This document shows positions 44,620-52,510 of a stretch of DNA of 64,000 nucleotides, piece by piece; position 1 is the first letter of the stretch, and the number at the start of each line of letters is the position of its first letter. The DNA is from Candidatus Omnitrophota bacterium (GTDB lineage Bacteria > Omnitrophota > Omnitrophia > Omnitrophales > JACQQS01): assembly GCA_016206925.1 (NCBI GenBank), contig JACQQS010000052.1:208-64207 (forward strand). The letters run 5' to 3'. Position numbers and translations under genes: made by a program. The notes beneath the pieces were generated by a model that did not search any database, was not told the origin of the DNA, and saw nothing but the letters and a program-made list of their open reading frames with translations.

Positions 44620-45138
44620 ATGAATAATATTTATCTGGTTGGAATGATGGGCGCGGGCAAAAGTGTGACGGGCCGGCATTTGGCGGAACTGCTGGGCCGC
44701 CGGTTCATAGAAACAGATCAGCTTATTGAGGAAGGAACCAAAAAAACCATCCAGAAAATATTCGAAGAGATGGGCGAACCGGCATTCCGTAAACTGGAGA
44801 GCGGCGTATTAAAGGATGTTTCGCGTTGTCAGGGCGCGGTGGTATCTCTCGGCGGCGGCGCGGTCCGGGACCGGGAGAATTTGGAATTGATCAAGTCTAC
44901 CGGCCGCATGATTTATCTCCGATCGAAGCCGGAAACGCTTTGGAACCGCGTACGCGGCGGCAAAGAGCGCCCGTTACTAAACGTAGCTGCTCCTTTCGAA
45001 CGGATAAAAACATTGCTGAAAGAACGCGCGGCTCATTACGAGGAAGCAGATATGATCGTGGATACGGACGGGAAAAGTCCGGAAGCCGTTGCGGAAGAAA
45101 TAAGGAGCCTCGTTGAAACACGCGCCCGTAAGAACTAG
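44620..45138 (+). CDS. aroK: shikimate kinase
   Basis: 172 aa. Walker A IYLVGMMGAGKSVTGRHLA, the D at ETDQLIE, and the GGGAV motif. Confidence 0.9.
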   Translation: MNNIYLVGMMGAGKSVTGRHLAELLGRRFIETDQLIEEGTKKTIQKIFEEMGEPAFRKLESGVLKDVSRCQGAVVSLGGGAVRDRENLELIKSTGRMIYLRSKPETLWNRVRGGKERPLLNVAAPFERIKTLLKERAAHYEEADMIVDTDGKSPEAVAEEIRSLVETRARKN

Positions 45139-46216
45139 GTCAATCCGCGTATCGTTGGGGGGAAGAAGTTATCCCATTCTTGTAGGCTCGGGGGTGCTTG
45201 CCGATCTCGGCCATCACGCGGCAGAACTCAGGGATGTAACCAATGTCATAGTCATCACCAGTCCCCACATTGCGTCATTTTATGTGAGTCCGCTTCAACG
45301 GGCGCTCTCGGAATCAAAATTGCCGTTCGAGATGCACCTCATTCCAGACAGCGAAACCGCAAAATCCGAGCCGGTGCTTTTCAATATATTTCATCATTTG
45401 CTTCGGTTCGGCGCGGACCGGGGATCTGTACTCGTCGCTTTCGGAGGCGGCGTGGTCGGAGATATCGCCGGTTTTGCGGCCAGCGTTTTTATGCGCGGCA
45501 TTCGCTGGATTCAAGTTCCCACAACGCTTCTTGCTCAAGTGGACAGCGCGATCGGCGGGAAGACAGCGATCAATCTGAAGGAAGGGAAAAATTTGATCGG
45601 CACTTTCTATCAGCCTAATTTTGTGTTGAGCGATATTTCACTCCTGCGTACGCTTCCCATGTCTGAATTGGCCACGGGATTTGCGGAGGTCATTAAATAC
45701 GGCATGATCGAAGGGGAAAATCTTTTTCGCTATTTGGAGCAATCCGCAGGGAAACTTCTTCAGGGAGATCCGAGGGTTCTTGGGAAAGTTGTATTGGAAT
45801 CCTCACGGATCAAGGGGCGGATTGTGAGCAAGGACGAACGTGAGAAATCCGAAATCAGAATGCAGCTAAATCTCGGCCATACATTTGCGCATGCTATCGA
45901 ACGAGAAGGCGGTTACCGGAAGATCAGCCACGGCCAGGCCGTTGCCGTCGGGCTCCTGGCCGCCGCGAGACTTTCCTATTTGAAAGGCTGGATGAAAGCA
46001 AGTACGGTGGAAAGAGTCGGAAATCTTATTCGGCTTGTTCGCCTTCCGGCCAAACTATCCGAACTTGGTCTTAAACCTGAAGTCGTCATCAGAGCCATGG
46101 AACATGATAAAAAGAAGAAAAAAGGTGTTCTGCGGTTTGTTCTTCCGAAGCGGCTTGGTGCGTTGGTGGTGACGGATAAGATAACGCCTGTTCAGCTCAA
46201 GCTGGCTTTAAGATGA
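45113..46216 (+). CDS. aroB: 3-dehydroquinate synthase
   Basis: 367 aa with a TTG start. SYPILVGSGVL, GGGVVGDIAGFAA and NLGHTFAHAIE. Confidence 0.9.
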   Translation: MKHAPVRTRSIRVSLGGRSYPILVGSGVLADLGHHAAELRDVTNVIVITSPHIASFYVSPLQRALSESKLPFEMHLIPDSETAKSEPVLFNIFHHLLRFGADRGSVLVAFGGGVVGDIAGFAASVFMRGIRWIQVPTTLLAQVDSAIGGKTAINLKEGKNLIGTFYQPNFVLSDISLLRTLPMSELATGFAEVIKYGMIEGENLFRYLEQSAGKLLQGDPRVLGKVVLESSRIKGRIVSKDEREKSEIRMQLNLGHTFAHAIEREGGYRKISHGQAVAVGLLAAARLSYLKGWMKASTVERVGNLIRLVRLPAKLSELGLKPEVVIRAMEHDKKKKKGVLRFVLPKRLGALVVTDKITPVQLKLALR

Positions 46217-46234
46217 TCTGATAGGGGCATCTAT

Positions 46235-46765
46235 TTAAGGAAGGTCTTTCCGGAATTTTTCGAAAATTTGTTTTACATCCGCATCGGCAGCGCGGTGAGC
46301 CAGGCTGGCAATAAATATTAAAATCGAAAAAGGCCACACGTCGTCCGGGCCGGTTAAAAGTCCTGTGTGAATATCTTCCCTTCGCTCGAGGTCGGCGGTG
46401 AAGGACTTTCTCGCATCCGCAAGATTTTTCTCCAAAACATCCACCGAGTACGATTCGTTGTTGTACTTCATGGATGGGTAGCGGATTCCCCTCAACAGGA
46501 AAAAATTAATAACGGAGTTGTCGCTCAAGCCCAGTTTTTCAAAGTCGAATCCGAAAAGCTGGGGGATCTGATGCGGAAGGACAATGGACGGTTTGTCTAC
46601 CACGACTTTTCCTTTGCGGACCGCCGTGTCGCCCGGACTTACGATCGATCTAGACAAGAAAATGTAAGGAAGCTCCGTGTCCTCAAAAGTCGCAAGCGGC
46701 TTAAGGCGGGTGCGGATAATCTCCGTTTCTTTCAAGGCTTTTTCCCAGTACTTATCGATATCCAT
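46235..46765 (-). CDS. hypothetical cytoplasmic protein (176 aa)
   Basis: Intact ORF with GAAGG upstream. No family recognised. Confidence 0.5.
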   Translation of the reverse strand: MDIDKYWEKALKETEIIRTRLKPLATFEDTELPYIFLSRSIVSPGDTAVRKGKVVVDKPSIVLPHQIPQLFGFDFEKLGLSDNSVINFFLLRGIRYPSMKYNNESYSVDVLEKNLADARKSFTADLERREDIHTGLLTGPDDVWPFSILIFIASLAHRAADADVKQIFEKFRKDLP

Positions 46766-46898
46766 TTTTTACCTTCTAGCTCTGGTTTTGACCGCATAGT
46801 ATACGTTTCGGCACGCTATTGGGCAACCTAAGGATTGTATCTTTCAGGATTTGCTAGAGTTACATTTAATGTGAGTCAATTCGCGTTGTCCGCCGGCG

Positions 46899-46927
46899 TT
46901 GACGCCATAATTCGCCGGTGGTACAAT
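46899..46927 (+). promoter_or_regulatory. candidate sigma-70 promoter (TTGACG-17-TACAAT)
   Basis: -35 box at 46899-46904 and -10 box at 46922-46927, with an exact 17-nt spacer. It is oriented toward dprA. Confidence 0.5.
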
Positions 46928-46965
46928 TCGCCCGGGTTGCTGCAGAAGCGTAAAGATTCTTATTT

Positions 46966-46999
46966 GCCCTCCGGTTCGAAAGAGCTGGAGGGCATTTTT
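46966..46999 (+). terminator. intrinsic-terminator-like hairpin in the dprA leader
   Basis: GCCCUCCGGUUC-GAAA-GAGCUGGAGGGC forms a 12-bp stem (2 G-U pairs) with a GNRA tetraloop, followed by AUUUUUG. It ends 22 nt before the dprA ATG. Confidence 0.6.
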
Positions 47000-47021
47000 G
47001 CTTTATGAGCCAAGGAGAGAT

Positions 47022-47921
47022 ATGGATCTTAAACTGAATCATGATCATTACCCGCCGTTCTTGAGGCAAGTTCATAGTCCGCCGAAGGTGCTGCACATTC
47101 GAGGCTCCTTGCTGGACTGCGACCGATTTGCGGTGGCCATGGTTGGATCGCGCAATGCAACGTTCTACGGACTTCGCGTTGCCGAGCAGCTGGCCTATGA
47201 TCTGGCGGAACGGGGCATCACCATTGTTTCCGGATTGGCCCGTGGAATTGATGCGGCAAGCCATAAGGGCGCACTCAAGGCCGGCGGCCGCACGATCGCT
47301 GTATTGGGTTCCTCACTCGATAAAATTTATCCCAAGGAGCATGAAAAACTTGCCGGGGAAATTGCCAAACAGGGCTGTGTTATCTCGCAGTTTCCAAACG
47401 GTACGGAAGCGTGGCCCGGCAATTTCCCCCTCCGTAACCGGATCATCAGCGGATTGAGCCTGGGCGTTATTGTGGTGGAGGCTTCACGAAAAAGCGGTTC
47501 CCTGATTACAGCATCCCATGCTGCGGAACAGGGCAGACAGGTATTTGCGGTGCCGGGCCCCGTTGATTCTTTGCTTTCGGAAGGCGCCCATTCCCTGATC
47601 AAGGACGGAGCCAAGCTAGTTGAAAGCGCCGAAGATATTCTTGCGGAGTTGGCGCCTATGCTAAAGGACATGCTTCCGAAAGAGATCCAAGCGCCTCGGC
47701 AATGTTCGTCATCGGCTGAAGCGCAATTGAATACCACAGAGAAAAGCATCATGGAAGTTTTGGAAGACGGTCCGCTTCAATCTGGAGATATGGCTGATAT
47801 TCTCGGATGTGCGGAGCCGGAAATACGGGAAGCTCTCGTTAAACTTGAAGTCGGGGGCAATATTAAACGTTTGTTTGGCGGTACTTACGAGATTGCCGAA
47901 TTCCCTTCCTCAGTTCAATAA
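47022..47921 (+). CDS. dprA: DNA-processing protein DprA (short form without the N-terminal SAM-like domain)
   Basis: 299 aa from the ATG preceded by AAGGAGAG. Rossmann-like core VAMVGSRNATFYG...IVSGLARGIDAASHKGAL...GNFPLRNRIISGLS. C-terminal winged helix. Confidence 0.85.
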   Translation: MDLKLNHDHYPPFLRQVHSPPKVLHIRGSLLDCDRFAVAMVGSRNATFYGLRVAEQLAYDLAERGITIVSGLARGIDAASHKGALKAGGRTIAVLGSSLDKIYPKEHEKLAGEIAKQGCVISQFPNGTEAWPGNFPLRNRIISGLSLGVIVVEASRKSGSLITASHAAEQGRQVFAVPGPVDSLLSEGAHSLIKDGAKLVESAEDILAELAPMLKDMLPKEIQAPRQCSSSAEAQLNTTEKSIMEVLEDGPLQSGDMADILGCAEPEIREALVKLEVGGNIKRLFGGTYEIAEFPSSVQ

Positions 47922-48046
47922 TTCAAGCCCTTTACTTTATACGCCGATGTATGCTATGACATTACCTACGAGTTTATAGGCTGTGAGATAATTTGCTCTA
48001 ATTTAAAAACCAAATTTTGTCACTGAAGCCTTAGTCCGGGAGGTAC

Positions 48047-48547
48047 TTGATCATGGAAGAAAATACAATGAAAGGAAGTAGTTGGGACGCATCAGGATCT
48101 ACAACACCGCCGGCCTCAAAGCGAATGAGGTTCGCAGCGGACTTTATCGATCTCCTCATAATACCCGCGGTTCTTGGAGGCGTTTTTGGCGTACTTCTCC
48201 TGACCGCATCTGATTTAGTGAGGGATATTGTTTTAACGGTCATCTATGTCGGATGGGTCTTTGTCCGCGATCTTTATTTCTCTCCCGGCCGCTGGATGGT
48301 AGGTTTGAAATTAATTTCGCTTGGCCATGATGCGGAGATTTCCTTATTTGGTTTTGTTAAATTGTTTACGTTTAAAACGGCGCCGGCTAATGAAAAACCG
48401 AGTTTACCGCAGGTATTTTGGAGAAATTTCTGGATCTATCCGTACATTCTAGTTGTCGGCTACATTGTCGAACTGGTCGGTCTTTTCGTGAAGTCCGAGC
48501 GGTTTATGGATTTGGCGGCCAAGACGCGGGTTGTTCAGGGGCGCTAA
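48047..48547 (+). CDS. RDD-family membrane protein
   Basis: 166 aa. The MRFAADFIDLLIIPAVLGG motif and hydrophobic helices. Confidence 0.5.
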   Translation: MIMEENTMKGSSWDASGSTTPPASKRMRFAADFIDLLIIPAVLGGVFGVLLLTASDLVRDIVLTVIYVGWVFVRDLYFSPGRWMVGLKLISLGHDAEISLFGFVKLFTFKTAPANEKPSLPQVFWRNFWIYPYILVVGYIVELVGLFVKSERFMDLAAKTRVVQGR

Positions 48548-48590
48548 ACCGGGTATCCTTTGGCTAGATGAAATTTTTGCGGGATACAGA

Positions 48591-48971
48591 ATGAGAAAGA
48601 GGGGGAAGAGAACCGCGGGGATTAATTCGATACGCGCGCACCTTCATCGTCCGTCACTCCGCTCTGCGGAAGGTGAAGTCAATTATTTAAAGCAGCACAT
48701 TGACAAATTATGGGAATGGTTTACCGAAGCAAGCGAAAGGATCAACGATCTCGAAGTGCATGCGGATTTGATGCAAAGACTGATCGTGTCGCTTGCGCTG
48801 GAGAAGATCGGTACGGATTTGCATGAGCTGAGGCGTCTAATAAGGCAGGCCGAAAAAGAGGCCATCGCGGATTCGGAAGTGTTCCAGCTTGAAGAGTTGT
48901 TCAAGATGCCTTCCAAAGGGCCCACACATAATAGTTTCCTGAAGAAGCGGCGTCGGAATCGAAAAAGATGA
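48591..48971 (+). CDS. hypothetical coiled-coil protein with basic termini
   Basis: 126 aa from the internal ATG (MRKRGKRTAG...) of track ORF 48531-48971. No family recognised. Confidence 0.4.
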   Translation: MRKRGKRTAGINSIRAHLHRPSLRSAEGEVNYLKQHIDKLWEWFTEASERINDLEVHADLMQRLIVSLALEKIGTDLHELRRLIRQAEKEAIADSEVFQLEELFKMPSKGPTHNSFLKKRRRNRKR

Positions 48972-49194
48972 CAATCTTGTCGAGTTATTGGTCATTGTTT
49001 CCGGCCTGTAGCAGAAAGAATTTTTTTACGTAACTTATTTAAGCACATGTACTTAAAATGTCCGATAAAGCGTTACTTTACAATTCTTTTTTTTTACACT
49101 AACATAGCAACGTTTAAATTCGCGTAAGTGGTGAATTATAGGCTGGCCAAGCGAAACAATTTGGTCGAGCATTCATTAATATTTAAGTACCGTA

Positions 49195-49407
49195 ATGCAA
49201 GTACGTCTTAATGGAGAGTTAAAAGAAATAAAAGAAGGGTTGAGCATAGAGGAATTGCTCAATGTCCTTGGATTTCACGCCCGGGCGGTAGTTGTTGAGC
49301 TGAACCGGTCGATCGTACGGTTTCCGCAGTTTGGCAGCACGGCGTTGAAATCGGGCGATGAAGTCGAAGTGGTGCGAATTGTAGGAGGAGGATCATTTGC
49401 CGAGTAA
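49195..49407 (+). CDS. ThiS/MoaD-like beta-grasp sulfur-carrier (ubiquitin-like) protein with a C-terminal extension past GG
   Basis: 70 aa. MQVRLNGELKEIKEGLSIEELL...SGDEVEVVRIVGGGSFAE. The ThiS-like pattern ends in GG followed by SFAE. Confidence 0.65.
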   Translation: MQVRLNGELKEIKEGLSIEELLNVLGFHARAVVVELNRSIVRFPQFGSTALKSGDEVEVVRIVGGGSFAE

Positions 49408-49447
49408 AAAGGGCCGCCGGGTAAAAACAGATTCAAAATCGGAGAAA

Positions 49448-51520
49448 ATGAGTTCGGCCCCAAATTTGGTCATTGTCGAATCGCCGGCGAAGGCGAAGAC
49501 GATCAATAAGTATTTGGGGGGCGAGTATGTTGTAGAAGCCTCCATGGGTCATGTGCGTGATCTTCCACGCAGCCGCATGGGGCTTGATATGGCAAACGGT
49601 TTTGAGCCCGAGTATATTGTCATGACCCGGGCACGAAAAACGGTTTCCCACCTCAAAAAGCTTGCGCAGGGAAAAGCCGGCGTGTATTTGGCGCCGGACC
49701 CGGATCGCGAGGGCGAAGCCATTAGTTGGCATTTGGCCGCCCTTCTTGAGAATTGCGGGGCGAAAATTCATCGCGTGGTTTTTAACGAGATTACGAAAGA
49801 CGCCGTACTTCAGGCGTTTAAACATCCCCGCGTCATTGATCAAAAGTTGGTTGATGCGCAGCAGGCCCGGCGCGTGATGGATCGCGTGGTGGGATACAAT
49901 CTTAGTCCGCTTCTTTGGAAAAAAGTTGCGCGCGGGCTTTCCGCCGGACGGGTTCAATCGGTTGCTTTGAAATTTATTGTCGAGCGCGAAGAAGAGATTC
50001 GCAATTTTAAGCCGCAGGAATACTGGTCCATTCACGCGGATTTATCCAGCATGCGGCAGGAAATTGCGGATAAGCACTTCAGAGCGAAGCTCGATAAGAT
50101 CAACGGGCAGAAGGCAGACATAAAGGACGGACCGTCTGCAGAGGCCATTAAGAAAGAGCTGGAGAAGGCCCCGTTTCAGGTTGTCAGCATAAGTTCAAAG
50201 ACGCGCCAGAGAAAACCGCAGGCTCCGTATACGACAAGCAAGCTGCAACAGGAAGCGTTCACGCGCCTTGGTTTTTCTGCGCAGAAAACCATGGTCATTG
50301 CGCAGAAATTGTACGAAGGTGTTGATATTGGGGAAGAAGGCGCCGTCGGTCTTATTACATATATGCGGACGGATTCGGTGAATGTTTCCGAACAAGCGCA
50401 CCGCGAGTTGAGAAAGTTCATCGGAGACAAGTTCGGCAAGGATTATTTGCCGGACGAGGCCAATGTGTACAAGTCGAAGAAACAAGCGCAGGAAGCGCAC
50501 GAAGCCATACGTCCGACATCCGCATTTCGCGAGCCGGAGCGGCTTGCCGGCTTTTTGGAAGCGGACGAGATGAAACTGTACGAGCTGATTTGGAGCAAGT
50601 TTGTTTCTTCGCAGATGAAGCCGGCTATTGACAACGTAGTCACTATTGAGATTTCTGCTTCGAGCCGTTACCTTTTTAAAGCTACCGGGAGCACGAATAT
50701 ATTCCCAGGTTTCCTACTGGTGTTTCAGGACCTTGCGCAGTTAAAACAAAAGCTGAAGCAGAAAGCAAAGGCAGCGGAAGAGGCCAGCGATGGCGAAGAA
50801 GATGAAATATCGGGCGAGTTTCCACCGTTAAAAGAGGGCGAAGCGCTCAAGCTCTATGAGATTATTCCTCAACAGCATTTCACCAAACCGCCGCCGCGCT
50901 TTAACGATGCCAGCCTGGTGAAGTTGCTTGAGGAGAATGGTATCGGCCGGCCCAGCACATATGCGCCGACCATCCAGACGATCGTTGCCCGTGGGTATGT
51001 CCTCCGTTCCGGGGGAGTGATGAGGCCGTCCGAACTTGGCGAACAGGTAACCAAAATTTTGGTTGAGCATTTTTCCGATGTTATGGATACCAAGTTTACG
51101 GCGTACATGGAGGAAGAGCTGGATAAGATCGCGGAAGGCCGGATTCCGTGGGCCAATGTGGTGCGTGAATTTTATGCGCCGTTTGAAAAAGATTTAGAGC
51201 AGGCGCGTTTGAAAATCAAGGACATGCGCAGGGAAGATGAACCAACGGATTACGTGTGCGATGTATGCGGAAAACCGATGGTCATCAAATGGGGACGATT
51301 CGGAAAGTTCATCGCGTGCACCGGTTTTCCTCAGTGCCGGTACACGCGATCGATTCCCACGGGGTTCCGCTGTCCCGAACCCAATTGCAATGGGGATTTG
51401 ATCCGGCTGCAGTCAAAAAAGCGCAGGTCATTTTTCGGATGTTCCAATTATCCGAATTGCCGCTATACAACGAATAAGCTGCCGGCTAAAGAGAAAGAGG
51501 AAGACGCACAAGCCGCTTAG
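49448..51520 (+). CDS. topA: DNA topoisomerase I
   Basis: 690 aa from MSSAPNLVIVESPAKAKTI (GGAG upstream); the alternative TTG at 49397 is in the track. TOPRIM DPDREGEAI, active-site YTMRTDS-like ITYMRTDS, and two C-terminal Zn ribbons. Confidence 0.95.
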   Translation: MSSAPNLVIVESPAKAKTINKYLGGEYVVEASMGHVRDLPRSRMGLDMANGFEPEYIVMTRARKTVSHLKKLAQGKAGVYLAPDPDREGEAISWHLAALLENCGAKIHRVVFNEITKDAVLQAFKHPRVIDQKLVDAQQARRVMDRVVGYNLSPLLWKKVARGLSAGRVQSVALKFIVEREEEIRNFKPQEYWSIHADLSSMRQEIADKHFRAKLDKINGQKADIKDGPSAEAIKKELEKAPFQVVSISSKTRQRKPQAPYTTSKLQQEAFTRLGFSAQKTMVIAQKLYEGVDIGEEGAVGLITYMRTDSVNVSEQAHRELRKFIGDKFGKDYLPDEANVYKSKKQAQEAHEAIRPTSAFREPERLAGFLEADEMKLYELIWSKFVSSQMKPAIDNVVTIEISASSRYLFKATGSTNIFPGFLLVFQDLAQLKQKLKQKAKAAEEASDGEEDEISGEFPPLKEGEALKLYEIIPQQHFTKPPPRFNDASLVKLLEENGIGRPSTYAPTIQTIVARGYVLRSGGVMRPSELGEQVTKILVEHFSDVMDTKFTAYMEEELDKIAEGRIPWANVVREFYAPFEKDLEQARLKIKDMRREDEPTDYVCDVCGKPMVIKWGRFGKFIACTGFPQCRYTRSIPTGFRCPEPNCNGDLIRLQSKKRRSFFGCSNYPNCRYTTNKLPAKEKEEDAQAA

Positions 51521-51607
51521 TTAGAACGATAAGTTAAAGTGGGGAGAAAGTAAAAAGTAACACGTATTTATATTTATTAAAGGTTTTTGGAAAAACAGGA
51601 GATTTGT

Positions 51608-52480
51608 ATGAAAAAGCAAACTGAGCAGTTTTTGGCATATCTGCAGGCAGAAAAAAATGCTTCCGACCATACGGTAAAAAACTACGCGGTGGACCTCCGT
51701 GACTTCGCTGCGTTTATTGGAGAATTGGCGCCGGACAAGATCGAATACATCCATGTGCGTAATTTCCTGGCGCATTTAAAGGAGCGGGACTTTTCCCAGA
51801 GTTCGATTTCGAGAAAGCTGGCTTGCCTGCGCTCGTTTTTTAAGTACATGGCGCGCGAGCAGTTGTTGACCGTCAATCCGGCCAGCAATATTGCTACGCC
51901 CAAGCGTGAAAAGAAGCTTCCGGAGTTTTTGAATCAGGATGAGATGAATAAACTGATCAATGCCGCATCGGACGCCACAAAAGCAGGGCGGCGGGACCGG
52001 GCCATTATCGAAACGCTTTACAGCACAGGAATGCGCGTTAGCGAGCTGATGGGTTTAAACATCGGCGATCTGGACTTCGTTGCGGGAACGCTTAAGGTTG
52101 AAGGAAAAGGCAAGAAGGAGCGCATGGTTCCAGTTGGAAATACGGCCGTTCGTGCGGTCGAGGCTTATATGGGCGATCGTCCGGAAAATGACAAGCAACC
52201 CTCTTCGCCGCTTTTCTTGAACAAGAACGGCACGCGTCTCACGGACCGGAGCGTGCGGCGTATTCTCATTAAATATGCAAAGCGTGCAGGAATTACCAAG
52301 GACATTTCGCCGCATACCATCCGGCACACGTTTGCAACACACTTGCTTGATCGCGGTGCCGACCTGCGCAGCGTGCAGGACCTTTTGGGACACGAAAATT
52401 TGTCTACAACACAAATTTACACCCATGTGACGACCAAGCGTTTAAAAGACGCTTACGAAAAGGCGCATCCTCGCGCTTAA
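51608..52480 (+). CDS. xerC: tyrosine site-specific recombinase XerC/XerD
   Basis: 290 aa from the ATG with AGGAG upstream. Motifs R..ETLYSTGMRVSEL, HTIRHTFATHLL and LLGHENLSTTQIYTHV. Confidence 0.88.
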   Translation: MKKQTEQFLAYLQAEKNASDHTVKNYAVDLRDFAAFIGELAPDKIEYIHVRNFLAHLKERDFSQSSISRKLACLRSFFKYMAREQLLTVNPASNIATPKREKKLPEFLNQDEMNKLINAASDATKAGRRDRAIIETLYSTGMRVSELMGLNIGDLDFVAGTLKVEGKGKKERMVPVGNTAVRAVEAYMGDRPENDKQPSSPLFLNKNGTRLTDRSVRRILIKYAKRAGITKDISPHTIRHTFATHLLDRGADLRSVQDLLGHENLSTTQIYTHVTTKRLKDAYEKAHPRA

Positions 52481-52510
52481 TCCATTTCCATAATCTGCCC
52501 CGGCTGGCGT

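Noticed and set aside
48972-49194. TPP riboswitch or other known leader upstream of the ThiS-like gene.
   Set aside because: I could not find the conserved CUGAGA / ACCUGAUCUGGAUAAUGCCAGCG-type elements. The region is simply AT-rich with a near-palindrome, TTAAGCACATGTACTTAA.
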